A stretch of DNA of 62,986 nucleotides, the filler included, from Parasitella parasitica NRRL 2501 (taxonomy: Eukaryota > Fungi > Mucoromycota), in the NCBI GenBank assembly GCA_025201805.1. It is 9 parts of 9 records of this genome, joined end to end, with 100 filler letters (N's around TTAATTAATTAA, not from the genome) between each part and the next. Parts side by side here need not be neighbours in the genome. Positions count along the whole stretch, not along the records: positions 13,406 to 29,276 come from MU619312.1; positions 29,377 to 46,002 come from MU619470.1; 7 more parts are not named here. One strand, given 5' to 3'. Shown in pieces: positions 25,394-38,488 of this stretch (positions are counted from its first letter, which is position 1; each line of letters starts with the position of its first letter). Below the pieces are notes generated by a model. It did no database searches and was not told where the DNA came from. It saw only the letters and a list, made by a program, of their open reading frames with translations. The position numbers were made by a program, and so were the translations under genes.

Positions 25394-26935
25394 ATGATGC
25401 CTAACATTACTGAAAAAGAAGCACAACCTAGTATTGATATGGAGGCATTAGCCAAAAAGAAATTGGAAGAAATCACCTTTGCTGATCTTGTAAGGATGTA
25501 CTACATGTTAATGAGTTTTGCACATTTATTAATAGATTTGAATGATTTAGGGTGTTTCTGCTCAGCTATGCGAAGCTTGTGAAAAGATGAAGTTTAAGCA
25601 TCCCACAGAAATCCAAAGAGAATCCATTCCCTGGGCTATTGAGGGTCGTGATATTATCGGCCTTGCTCAAACAGGTTCTGGTAAAACAGCGTCATTTGCT
25701 ATTCCCATTATTCAACGGCTCTGGGACAATCCTCAGGCATTCTTTGCTTGCATTTTAGCTCCCACAAGGTAAGCTATTTTTTTAATTTTTTTTTTATCTA
25801 AAAAGAAAGAGGGGCAAAGTATTAATCGGCATATTTCTTCAGAGAATTGGCTTACCAAATTGCAGAGACATTTGAATCTCTCGGCTCAGTGATAGGTGTC
25901 CGTTCCGCAGTTATTGTCGGTGGTATGGACATGATGTCGCAATCAATTGCACTTTCGAAACGTCCCCATATCATTGTGTGTACTCCTGGCCGTCTTCAAG
26001 ACCATTTGGAAAATACAAAGGGATTCAATTTGAAGAGTTTAAAATACTTGGTCCTGGACGAAGCCGATCGTTTGTTGGATATGGATTTTGGACCCAAGAT
26101 TGATCAAATTTTGAAAGTGATTCCTCGTGAGCGTAACACGTTTTTGTTCTCTGCCACCATGACTACCAAGGTTGCTAAACTTCAAAGGGCCAGTCTGCAT
26201 AAACCAGTCAAGGTAGAGGTAGCTACAAAGTATTCAACTGTCAAGACTCTGTTACAATACTACCTCTTCTTCCCATTGAAGCATAAGGATTGTTACATGG
26301 TACATCTTTTGAATGAACTTGCAGGCAACTCCACTATCATCTTCACTCGTACTTGCCACGATACTCAAAAGATTGCTATCATGTTGAGAAATCTTGGTTT
26401 TGCAGCTGTCCCACTTCACGGTCAATTGCCCCAGACGAAGCGTTTAGGTGCACTCAACAAATTCAAGGCAGGCACTCGAAATATTTTAGTAGCTACCGAT
26501 GTTGCTAGTAGAGGTATCGATATTCCTATGGTAGATGTGGTGATCAATTATGATGTACCTCAGTCCTCTAAAGATTATATTCATCGTGTTGGGCGTACCG
26601 CTAGAGCTGGTCGATCTGGTAAATCTATCACTTTTGTTACACAATACGATGTTGAATTGATCCAGCGTATCGAAAAAGATTTGGAACGCAAGTTAGATGC
26701 TTTTCCTGTCGAAAAGGATGAGGTGATGATGTTACAGGAGCGTGTGGATGAAGCACAACGTATTGCAACATTAGAATTGAAGGAAACTGAGAATGGCAAA
26801 AAGTCAAAACGAGGTGGTCGTAAGAACGACGACGATGATGATGATGCTGACATAGACCCAGAGGAAAGAGGTGGTGCTCAAGGAAAGAGAAAGTTCAAGG
26901 GAAACAATAACAATAAAAGTAAAAAGAAACGTTAG
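25394..26935 (+). CDS. RRP3: DEAD-box rRNA helicase Rrp3/DDX47
   Basis: Introns 25490-25550 and 25769-25842. Motifs [30 protein letters not shown] and [13 protein letters not shown]. Confidence 0.95.
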
Positions 26936-27939
26936 CCGGTAATAAACCAATAAAGTATATCATTTTTTCAAATCAAAAACAGGTTATGCTTTATTTTCTT
27001 ATGTAAAAATCATCGACTATCAGCCCTGAGAAGCTACTTCCTATTATGAAATTGAGTCTAACGGAAGATTTCTACTAAAACTATTAGGCATAGGCGATAA
27101 CTTTTCCTGATAAAACATGATGCAATACTAAATTTTGTACTGCATAATCTAGTATTAAACACAATACTTTTGTAGATTTTGTGCCTGCTGCCTTTATTAA
27201 AGAAAGAGATCTGAAATGGTTACCTTTGAGAATAACCTCAAGTAATTAAACAATTCAAGTAATTCTTATTTGCCTCATTACCCTCTTTATTATTTTGAAA
27301 ACAAATGTCATCAACAATTTCCAAGAAAAAAGAAAAACAACGCAATTATATTAATTGAGAGGATAATATTTTATCTTCATCGTTTCAATGATACATGGAA
27401 TGGTGACTCAATGTTCGATTATTGGCAAAATCAACTAATTACTCTCATCGTTTGAGCTTCTTGCTAAGCATACTTTTTCATATATTAAAAAGACGGTGGC
27501 GTGAGGAGAATAAGAGTAAGATCTGGGAGATAGGGAATAGACTGTATCTAAACATTCGTTTGTCATGTTCATCGTAGTGACAGAAGACACAGTTCCGTGT
27601 TGTGATGTCTTTACACGATTTTATATCTGGCTTTACTATTAATCATCAACAATGATGACTTACACCTTATAACTTCAGCTTTAGTAGTATCATCATAATA
27701 CTTAGTATGAAAATTGCTAATGTAAACATTCTACAATTTGAAATTAAAAACTACTTTCACCCAGGACAAGTAATTTGAGGGATCAATTATAAGTTGATAA
27801 TAAAGTTCGGTTTCCATCTACTAAAATTGTTGTGCCAGGTTGATGAGTACAGCAACGATTGTATTTAAAAAAGATGTATAAAAAAGTAATAAAGATTTAA
27901 TTTACCAATTTATTTAATATAAATACAATCAGATCATGT

Positions 27940-28150
27940 TGTTATGTCAAAAGTCTGATAAAATAAATCTGCCAAAGAATTACACTTTTATTCATAATAC
28001 ATCTCTCGATGTATTATATACACATTCATTACACTAGGGTTCTACTGTTTAGCTGCATAATGTAAATCATGACTACCCATGATTTACTGTAAGACCCTGG
28101 GACTGATCTGAGATCCTGATGTGAGACCTTGCCATGTTATTGATATAACG
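27940..28150 (-). mobile_element. Short solo LTR, family E
   Basis: Termini TGTTATGTCAA...TTGATATAACG; TSD CATGT (27935-27939/28151-28155); internal 10-bp hairpin at 27994-28017. Confidence 0.8.
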
Positions 28151-28381
28151 CATGTTTGATATTTAATTGTTAAACAATTATAACATAGTAGTAAGCAGAC
28201 CAAAGCCTATCTCTATATTTAACCACCTAATCATAATTAATATGGATCATTCACCGATAAAAGTTGAATTTCGCAATTTAGAATTAGTAGTACCCAAATA
28301 GATGGATTTTTACACAAGACATTCCAATTGCATACTTCCATTTACTACACTGAATAAACAAAAATATTTAATCGAAGATCC

Positions 28382-28601
28382 TGATTTATCAGAATGAGAA
28401 ATTATTTAAAAAAAACAGTTGTGAATTAATCAGGTAAAGATCTCGTTTATTACATGGTTTATATACTAGTGAATCTAAGTGGACTGATGGGAGGATAAGA
28501 TACAAGTGTGAGACATGGTGTGATTTAGAGAATGGAACGATAGATCGTATCTATTGTCCATGAACATGTCATGTTGAGTTATAATAAATAAGGAACATGA
28601 T
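28382..28601 (-). mobile_element. LTR family A copy 3, truncated
   Basis: Starts TGATTTATCAGAATGAG and matches the 6563 copy up to AAGGAACATGAT. Confidence 0.88.
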
Positions 28602-28994
28602 GCTCTCATATGAAAGTACGGCGGATAAAATCATAGAGCATCTAAGCACTATTCGCTTACAAGAATTCGTTTTGGTCATGAAAAGCATCCAAATGTCAAT
28701 TTCAGTAGGCTCTTTTTCCCGATTCAATACCATATTTCTAATTAGGAATACTATACATCCCTTAAACCTGAAAAGTGAGTATCATCTTTAATTCCCATAG
28801 TCGCAAATAGTAGCAACAAATGGCAACTTCTTTATTTTTGTTGACGAATTTGAAAAGATATATCTAGAAAAGCGGCGTTTAAAATTTTAAAACTCCGAAT
28901 TTCAAAAACTTTTGCCACTGGCAACTTTGCGCGAAGGATTATGAGCAAATATGTGATATTTATGATAAATATTGAAAAATAAAACTGGTTTTGC

Positions 28995-29514
28995 AGATAA
29001 CTTTTGATAGAAAGGTCGCCCAGTGCAAAGCAAGTTATGCTCATGTAGCGATGATCATGCTTGGACTTATGGCGCATAAGACAGGGTTTTATTTGCTTTT
29101 TATGGAAGCGTATGATGGATTATATGCAATTCTGATATGTAAAATTGTGATATCATGTGATAACTTTATGGTTAGTAATAAAAACATGGAATCCAACGTT
29201 GTTGCCAGATGGAGGTGAGTCAACGCCAAGTTTTCCAAGTTAGATCATGGTTCTACGGTGATTTTAGCAAAAGTTANNNNNNNNNNNNNNNNNNNNNNNN
29301 NNNNNNNNNNNNNNNNNNNNTTAATTAATTAANNNNNNNNNNNNNNNNNNNNNNNNNNNNNNNNNNNNNNNNNNNNAGCAACATAAACCCTGTTTTATGC
29401 TTCATAAAATCAGGCATGATCATCGCTATCTGAGCATACCTTGATTTCCTTTGGGCAATGTCTCTATCAAACGTTTCTCTGCTTTTTGGGGCGGAGTTTA
29501 AAAATAATCACGTG
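28995..29514. repeat. Two inverted copies of the CACGTG-terminal repeat facing each other across a gap
   Basis: 28995-29110 (+) and 29377-29514 (-) both match 5745-5901. Confidence 0.7.
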
Positions 29515-29569
29515 CTTTGTTATGTTTTTTTTGGATTTAACATGCTGTTGTGAAAGGCAAAAGATTATG

Positions 29570-29790
29570 GAATTATTAGATTGGCCATTCGTTGTATACA
29601 AAGACAAAAATTAAACTATTGATGTACAATATAACATGTAAATAAATCGGTATTACATACCAAGTTCAATATTTAATCACGATGGCAAATTGTGTATAAA
29701 AAGTTTGCATATTATTATCAAAAAGTTATTCATAAACTTATAAATTTTTTGAGCAGATTATATTCATAAATTTTCTGCGCATAACAAAAG
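29570..29790 (-). repeat. Dispersed repeat, inverted relative to 46122-46390
   Basis: Shared TTGTTATGCGCAGA, ATCTGCTCAAAAAA, ATTGAACTTGGTATGTAATACC and CCAATCTAATAATT. Confidence 0.75.
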
Positions 29791-30131
29791 TTATAATATG
29801 CAATTTATCATTGTTGAACATCATCGATCGAAATCAAGATTTCAAGTCCATACAAACTCATCTTAGTAGATTATTAATACTTCAATTTCAGTATGGATTG
29901 TGAAATTGATATAGGATGCTATATGGATTTACGGAATAAAATTAAATGAAAAATAAATAAAAGTAGGGTGATAAGATTGGTGTCTAGTTTTATTGAATAG
30001 TTTGTGGGGAGGGGATTATTGATTGTAATAAAATAAGACGACATGCAATGATGATTAATTTTTCTAATATTCTACAAATGGTATAATGATATCAAATCTT
30101 GTATATAATCTGGAGATATAATGTAATACTT

Positions 30132-31740
30132 TCAAACCACAGCCTTCCTCTTAATCGTAAACATAGTCCAAATCTTCCAAGGCCTTTTTTTAGCCGCTGC
30201 TTTTTCAATCGATTTTCTGTTTTCTTCTTCAGTGGCATCGAGCTCAATTAGGCGCTTTACTGCTGGCTCATAGTGCTCCTTGGCTGCCATCTTGTAGTAA
30301 TCAGCAGCAAGCGCGTAATTCTGGCCCCATCCGTCCCCTTTAAAGAACCTGTTTTCAGTTCAGTTTAGTCGTCAGATCAACTTAAATATCTTTTAGCCCA
30401 AATCTTACATTTCTCCCAACATGTACCGCGCATAGTTTTGTGGAGCGTCCTGTTGACTTGCTGCCTTTTGATAATATTCGAATGATTTGACCAGATCTTT
30501 CGGCACACCCAATCCTTGATGGTACATGTCTCCCAGGCAGGTCTGACAGTATCCTAAGCCCGAGGGCCATATATCATCACCCATCAGACACCAACGAAAT
30601 GCCTGCTCATAGTCTTTTTTAATTCCTTTCACATTGCCTTCAAAGTATATCCTGGATAATGTCTCGATAGCTAACGGAAACCCTTGCTCAGCAGATTGTG
30701 TTAGCCAAAATACAGCCTGCTGTATATCCTGCTTCATTGTGGAGCTTTTTGGTGGGTATAGAAGGACATCGCCAACAATAAATTGACAGTATTGCTCGCC
30801 GATGCTCTCTGCAATGCGTCGTGCATATTTGTATGCCTTTTCAATATCACGAGGGGTTGTTTCGCTGCCTTCGTAATACACACGAGCCAGGTCTGTAAGT
30901 GCACGGGCATCTGTGCTGCTTTTCCGCTCTGCGACTGCCTCGTAGATCTCTAGACTTTTTACAATGTTGTATTGCTTGGGATACTTGTAAGGGTCGCTTA
31001 ATATTTTTGCCAACTCAATGCCTGCACCTTCATGTCCTGTTTCAGAGGCTTTTGCAAGATAATCAATACCTCGAGGAATGTCCTGCTTTAGACCTGTCCC
31101 ATCGACAAACAGAATCCCAACCAAATAGCACATTGATTTCATCATCTTCTTCTTTTTTTTTAGCTGAGATTCATCTTGCTCTGCTTGGATTTGATCCGTT
31201 CGTTGTATTAGGCGTTCGATCAAAGATTTATCGTCGTCTTGTTCTGTCAAAGCTATCAATTCGGAGACACACGGTGTCAAGGAAGCTGATAGCCTTCGAT
31301 CAAACACACTACGAGCCCACAATGTGGCTTCTTCGGTGTCCCTCTGAATCGCTTGTAGATCTATTCTGTCTAAAATGGTACTAAGTTTGATTTTAGCCTC
31401 GACATCGCCCTAGACATATTGGAATTCAACATTAGCAAAGTTTCTTTGTAAATACAAAAGGAAAAAGTTATTGACAATACTTTTGCTGCTTTTATTCGCA
31501 GATATTTTAGCGCTTGCTTTGCTAGGTCTATAGATTCGGTATCGTTTGCATCGCTATTTGTTGAAACGTTGCTAATGAGCTCGACAGCTTTATGATTAGC
31601 AAAGAAAAAAAAAGAAAAAAGGGATTACTGTTTAGATACGATACAACAGTTTAGAACAAAACGCCATTACCAGTGAGCAAATGCAATTCTGAAGAAGTTT
31701 CTGAAAAGAGAGTTTGTATAGCTTGGTCTGCTGTTTCCAT
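30132..31740 (-). CDS. Sel1-like repeat protein
   Basis: Several SLR units (LGDMYHQGLGVPKDLVKSFEYYQKAA; AVFWLTQSAEQG; YMLGEM|FFKGDGWGQNYALAADYYKMAA). Multiple short 5' exons; ATG at 31740. Confidence 0.88.
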
Positions 31741-33100
31741 CGAAATGTTAAGAGGTAAAAGCAAAGAAAAAAAAAGTTTTTTTTGATTGTACCTGGTCAA
31801 ACAAACTGTTTCTTGCTGCTGATCTTATTGAACCTCAGTTGAGCAACTATGCACGTGCAATAGAAGATGTTTGACAATGAGACTAACCAGCCTATTCAAA
31901 AGATGCAATTATAAGGAGTATTTGAAAAATTCACGATCAATCAAGTATAAAGAATTGACAAGCGTTGTATATTAATAAGGGCACTAACATGCCAAGAAAC
32001 CAAGAGAAAAATATCCAATGTACATTTTTTTCAATGGCATTTTGCGGTCTCATGTAGTCTATTGCGCTTAAGACGATTAATAGATCTGTGGCTATTATGG
32101 CTCCAATACACAAACATAGCAGACACAGTAACTAATCTTTGATAAGCAAACCCAAACTCAAAAGCTGCCCTAACTGTGGCTATACCATTTGTCTGTATAC
32201 AACGCTCGTTCATCTGAATACGTATCATCGTGCACATAGTATACGTAGAAGCCACCATGACTAAATTAGTCTTCTTTAGCCTATGCCTAATTCTAATTTA
32301 TTTATCTTTCGCTTAATTTACTTTTGTTCAAGCCTACTTGTCCTGAATACAACAAAGTTTCAAGCCAGAGAAGGTATCAATCGAAAAAATGTCTTCGGCT
32401 TGAGGTTCAAACGGCTGCATTTCAGGAACCAATAAGCATGAGTTATTGTTTGCCACTTGCTGTGGATTTGGAGGGTCGATGCCGTTCATTTTTGTTTTTA
32501 AAAAAAAAAAAAAAAAAAAAAAGAAAAAGAGATGCCAGCCGTACCCAACTCTTGGTCAATGCTTTTGCGCGTCTAATTCTTTAGATCTAAATAATCTTTT
32601 ATCTAGTTGCTCTTGTACATTTACATGTAAATGATGAATTACAATATAATCAAATATTACAAGATAATTAATCCCATTACAACTTCGTAAATAACCATTT
32701 GAGTCGGTTTGTAGTTCCTCAAAAGATGTCAAATAAACGGTTCAACTTGTGATGGTTTCGTCTAAAACATAGTAAAGGGGTCAGGATCAATGGCCTTAAT
32801 TGTTGACAAAGTCAAAAATTGAGATTGTGGAAAATCAAGATTAAATAATGTCTTGCCTGTTTATTTGTTTATTCGATATAGCGTAATATACACACTTGTA
32901 TATTTCAAGGAACCCTCTCCTAATAACAAAACATGGTTTATAGTTAAATGACGGATACTTGAAAGTTTAAAATGTCGACTTCTTTAAATGATAAACTAGC
33001 ATTTGGCTATTAGGGTATCCATGATTTTTAAATTGCAAATGGGTATCTATGGTAGCATTCAATTGACTGATTTGCATCAGCGCGCCGATGTTTTTTTTTC

Positions 33101-33110
33101 ATTACGTAAT
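33101..33110. promoter_or_regulatory. Palindromic Yap/Pap1-type bZIP site ATTACGTAAT
   Basis: Perfect 10-bp palindrome about 100 bp upstream of the bZIP ATG. Confidence 0.5.
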
Positions 33111-33208
33111 TTGTAGATATTTTATCTCGTGAGAACTGGAAAAAAGGCGTTTTGTGTTTTATCTTTGTCTTTTTCTCTTCCTTTCAGTTGGTTTTGTTGG
33201 AAAAAAAA

Positions 33209-33733
33209 ATGTCATCATCATCATTAACGCCTGGTAAACCTGTAGATAACAGCCGTCAATCAAAGAGCCGCTCACGCTCACCCTCACCTACAAAGAAAAC
33301 AGTGATAGAAACCAGAAGAGCCGAACAAAACAGAGCAGCACAAAGAGCTTTTAGACAAAGAAAAGAGCTGTATGTAAAAGAATTAGAAGCAAAAGTGAAT
33401 CAGATGGCAGATTGGCCAGCACGTATGGAGCAGTTAGAGAATGAAAATGAGCAATTGAAAATAAGGATTGCGAAATTGGAGCAAGAGCATGATAATTGTC
33501 AAAGGAATTCAATGAAAATAGACTATGTGGCATCATCGCCAAACGCTGCAAAATCAAACAATTCGCCATCAGAATATCATCTTCAGGAACAGCAACCAAC
33601 AGATCAAAAAAGATCGTCGCAGCCAAAGCAAGGCGAGAAGGGGAAGGTTTTGGATGACTTAGTATCCATCTTAAAAACTCGAAATAGACCACCAATTCAG
33701 TATCATCAGTATCAACCATCAAACAATCTGTAA
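33209..33733 (+). CDS. Small Yap/AP-1-like bZIP transcription factor
   Basis: Basic region RRAEQNRAAQRAFRQRKE followed by a leucine zipper. Confidence 0.9.
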   Translation: MSSSSLTPGKPVDNSRQSKSRSRSPSPTKKTVIETRRAEQNRAAQRAFRQRKELYVKELEAKVNQMADWPARMEQLENENEQLKIRIAKLEQEHDNCQRNSMKIDYVASSPNAAKSNNSPSEYHLQEQQPTDQKRSSQPKQGEKGKVLDDLVSILKTRNRPPIQYHQYQPSNNL

Positions 33734-33782
33734 TAATTGATTACATAATAACATTAATAATAATAAAAAAATATATATATAT

Positions 33783-34077
33783 TTATAACAGTTGGTGACC
33801 CTCAGATCTTGACCCAAGATGGTCATCATTTGTAGTCAAAGGATATGTACTGAGGAAATTCAGATCGACATTCATGGCAAAATCATCAACAACATCTGAC
33901 GCTAATTTCATGTCATCATCGTAACTGGGCTGGTATGGCCTGTGAAGCTGCTGTTGCTGCTGCTGCTGCTGTTGTTGCTGCGATAGTTGAGGAGGTGGGG
34001 TATAAAACAACTCGCTAAATTGTTGCTGAAATTGATATTGCTGTTGTTGATACAACTGATATTGCTGCTGCTGCTGC

Positions 34078-34117
<40 letters not shown>

Positions 34118-36833
34118 GCTGTTGCTGTTGCTGAATTTGCTGCTGACGCTGATATGCATTGGATAAACCATGATGAGATACACTCTTTTTAATCCTTCTT
34201 GCTTTCCCTGCTTGTGTTTGTGATTGCTGCTGCTGTCTAGGGAACCCCGCTGACTGTGAGGGGTGTGGGGGAACAATAGGAATCAATGCATCATTTGTGT
34301 TGCTATGGTGATAGGTTGGCTTGATATATGGCAAGCTAGGTGATACATTGCGACTGCTTGAATTGCTAGCTACACTTCCATTATTACCTCCACCAAAATT
34401 ACGATAGGGCCCTGGCGCTGTGCTCGTTGTACTGGATGATATGACGGATGCAACTGGCTTCCGATGCTGAGTAAAGGAGATGTTGAACTGTTGCTGTTGA
34501 GGAGAGCTCGCCATTGATTTGTGTAGTCTATTTATGGATCGCAAATCTTGACATGATTGCGTGGAGCCCCTTAATGTTCCACCAGTCATAGGCCGTACAG
34601 TTGCTGCATGCAAGGGTGACTGATGAATATGAAGTGGAGTTGCATGTACATTATGTAATGGCTGATGATGTATGGAAAACTGATTTACATCAGTGCTTGA
34701 GGATTGCAGCAAGGATTGCGGTACTACGATTGGGTACGAGGGATTTCTCTGTGGATAGGGTCTGTCAGAAATAGTGTTTCTGCGTTGCTTAGTTACGATT
34801 GGTGTATCTATGGCAGTAAAGAGACCAGATGTGGGTGAAGGAGCAAATGATGAACAGGTAAGTATAGGCGAAGGTGATGTGGATGAAGCGGTTTCAAAGT
34901 CGAGCAAGCGCAGTTCATTTGACGGCGAGATGGACGAAAACTGCTGAACGAGCTGAGCACATCTTTGGTATTCATCAAAATATATCTTGCTAGATTTGAT
35001 GTCTTTAATGAGCAGGGTTTCAGCATGGAGGACAGTTCGTGCAGACGTAATGCAGTGAATTACAAATTGTAAACCACCCGGGGCGTATTTGAACGACTGG
35101 CCTTGATCTAATAAAAGGCCCTCCGCAAGTCTTGTCATGGTGGAAGCACTCGAAATGCACATTTGTCTGTGTGAATAGTTTGTTGCTTCTAGATTTGCGC
35201 ACTGTGGCAGTGGATACATAAAGTAATGTAAGTGCAATAATATCACATTCAGGTGATACAACATGTGGAGGAGCCTCGTCATGGGTGACAAATTATTACA
35301 GTTGTTTTCCTCTTCAGCCGCTGGAAACGGATACTGCTGGAGTTTGCATATGTTGCTGTAGTTCAAATGTGCCGGCAGATGAATCAGATCATTTTCTATC
35401 ATGACCTGCAAGTGCAGCAATGCCATGTTCTCTTCTGTTATCTGGTTCTCACTGCGTCTATCATTTTGCAGATTTTGTCTAGCACTTACACAATTAATAT
35501 GTTGGTGAATTTGCAATAATGTGAACGAAAAGGTGACCATAAACTTGGAACACTCGATAAAGTTGGACTCCTCCATCACTGGCAATATAGCATCCAGCGA
35601 AGGTATGCTTAAGCTTGATTCAATGCCTTGTTCCACACTAGACAACACGAGTAAATAAAAAATTTCCTTTTTCAGAAGTGTGTTTTTTCGTTTACCATAT
35701 CAGGGTGTTGTAATAGAATACCATACAAAAGGTTCTTCTTTTGGTCTCAGCATCAGGATCGGGACTATTGTTATTGATCACAAGTTGTTGATGCAACTTT
35801 AGTATCTTACACATCTCGATGGCTCTTAGTATGAGACTTTTGACTTTTTCAAAGTAAAACAGAGTATTTTTGCATTCAATATACTTGATTAGCAAGAGCA
35901 GTGTTTGGACAATCGCAACAGTAGGTCTACCGATAGATTCGTCCAGCAAGAGCATGGCTTTTTGGTAGTAGTTTTCCTCCTCACCATTCTGCTGAAAATG
36001 TGATCCAAGTGCGCAGATTGCATAAATTAATACCTTGGGTAGTTCATGTTGGTAGTATTGATGGTTTAGATAATTGGGTACAAAAATGGGGAAAAAGGGC
36101 TGTATTTGGTTCAAAAAGTTCTCAATCTCGATTTCCTCTCTTGACGATGATAGACTATGGATGCTTTTTGGAGATGGCGACGAGTTGGGTGACTGAGAAT
36201 CATGGTGCTGCTGCTGCTGCGTAGGACTGCAAATCATGGAAGTTTGGATGTCTGTCATGTAGCCAGGACTACCTAGATCATTCAAAATAAAGCGCTCTTC
36301 TGGCAGAATAGCTTGCGCTGATGTTAAAAATAGGACCTAATATTCATGTATAACATTCAACGTTACCTTGCTGTCCCTCTTGTGCTCCATTTTCATCTAC
36401 CAGCTGTTGTCTGCGCATCGCCTCTTCTACTATTTGCATTGTAGGACCACCCAACGAATTTAGCGCTCTTTCAATCACATGGATCCGATTCTCCAATGAT
36501 TCTATGTAGTGCTTTGTCGCTCCTCTCTTTGGTGATGTTGATTCAAATATACATTGTATTGATGATCTTCGACATGTACTACAAGGCATTGCACCGTCAC
36601 ATTTAACCTGTGTTTAATCAGATTACTACCATTTACACTTGCATTTTAGTGCAAAAAGAACGAACCTTTCTTCTTCGGCAATCTTTACAAGCTTTTACAA
36701 TCTTTTGTCTCTTGGGCGCCCCATTGGGCTTTTTACCTTTACTTTCATCAGCAGCTGGCTGTTCTTCTGATAATGGTGGCTGCTGCTGTTGCTGTTGATG
36801 TTGGGGTTTCTCGTTACTTTCTTTGGGTGGCAT
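33783..36833 (-). CDS. Zn(II)2Cys6 transcription factor with polyQ C-terminus
   Basis: Spliced cluster ACKDCRRRK|VKCDGAMPCSTCRRSSIQC; fungal TF region (ETKRRTFCMVFYY); four exons. Confidence 0.92.
34062..34145 (-). repeat. CAA/CAG microsatellite encoding polyglutamine
   Basis: (TGT/TGC)n run on the plus strand within the Zn2Cys6 CDS. Confidence 0.95.
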
Positions 36834-38488
36834 CTTTTGTTGAAAGGGTATGAAGAGGTAAAAAGAAAAAAAAAAAGGGTATAAAATAAATGGGGTAAAA
36901 GTGAGTAAAGGAAAAAAGAAAAAGAAAAGGGGAAAAACGAAAAACTAAAAGAGAAGGCAAGAAATAGTGGTTGATGTAACCATGGCTTCACCAGAAGATT
37001 GCCTGCTGGGCTTCAACCCTGGTAAGCAGCAGTTGATATACTACAGATACCAGATCACTAGCTTTGCTACTACAGTTATTTGATTCTGTGTATGGATTCA
37101 TACATGTCTGGCTCACCAATCATAAAGTGGCTAACCTTCGAGATTCCTTAATCCTAGTAGATCACGATCAAATACACATCTCATGTCTGCACAAATCGAC
37201 AATATACTGTTTGTCTACGCCTTTATAATCATGCATTAACTTGACCACGACGATGATGCACATTCATTAAATTATTACATCAAAAGCTTGCTTTCCTTTC
37301 GTGTTGAAATTAGAGATCAAAACTTGGAAACATGAAAACAAGCAGTAGCAAGATCTTGTAACTTCAGAGCCTTATCATTCAGTAAACTATTGTGAGAAAT
37401 TTGGACCCAGTAAAGTGAATAACAATCGTACAAATGAAGCTTGTAAATAAAACACAAAAAGCAAGGGGTACGTGCACATTGACCAAGAAGCAAGAGTGTA
37501 ACAGGCTTGAGCGCATGTGATATTATATATTATTTTAGAAGTGTGGATACAATAAACATAAACCGCCGAGCCATTTATACTAATAAGTAGGTTTTGTACA
37601 AGCTGAGATTCAGTAGAGATTAGCTCATTCTTCTCTGAGAAAAACGCTATCTAAACCATGCGCATAATTAAATATTTATGTAAAAATACAATACATATGA
37701 CGAAATTAGATGGCACAGCTGCATCAGATCTCTATATAGACATGTATTGATTCATATCCATATACGTTTCAAATCATTCATTTTCATAACTGTTGTATCA
37801 TTGTCACGTATTCATGAAATCTGAAGCATGCATGTTAAAATCATCAACGTACCACAAAAGCGTAAACAATGTGATGCATCATAATCATATGGCTTCTTCT
37901 TGCATGTCCTTTTTAAAAACAATTACCGATTTCTGTGAGAGAGATACACACACTAAACAAGTTTGTTTATGTTGTGTGTTTATGTTTGCAATTGTTTAGG
38001 CCTTGATTGACTCTGGATATGCGTATTATAATATGTTAACATAGCCCTATTAATTTGTTTCTAATCACGACTCATTTTTTTCTAGAAAAAAAAGCATCTT
38101 CAGCTTCAACACCCTGTCATGTCGTATTGGGTGATAGAGTATCGTGCTTGATAAGAAAGTTACAACCAAAAAGTTGCAATTTCTGATGCCACCATACTTT
38201 ATGCAACTAAACTTTTCAGGGGCGTACAAGAAAGTACATTGTGCATTCAAAAGACTGACCCACGACGTGTATATTAAAGCTTTGTCCAGTAGATCTTTTC
38301 TGTGAATTAAGATCAAGCATTTATCATTTAATAATAAAAAAAAAAAAAAAAAAAAAAAAATTGCCCCCTCCTCATGCACAATGGCAATCGATTTTCACGT
38401 TTATAATTTTAGTAATTTCGAGGTGTCAAGGCCCTTGATTTTCTACCTTTACGAATGCTTTTTATTCACAATAGCACGACATAGCTAT

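Noticed and set aside
27640-27710. Box C/D snoRNA (ATGATGA)
   Set aside because: No properly placed box D or recognisable rRNA guide. No tRNA or rRNA genes were recognised anywhere in the window.
30132-30160. Sel1 protein as a prenylated Chs4/Skt5 ortholog
   Set aside because: It ends KRKAVV with no CaaX cysteine; orthology is not supportable.
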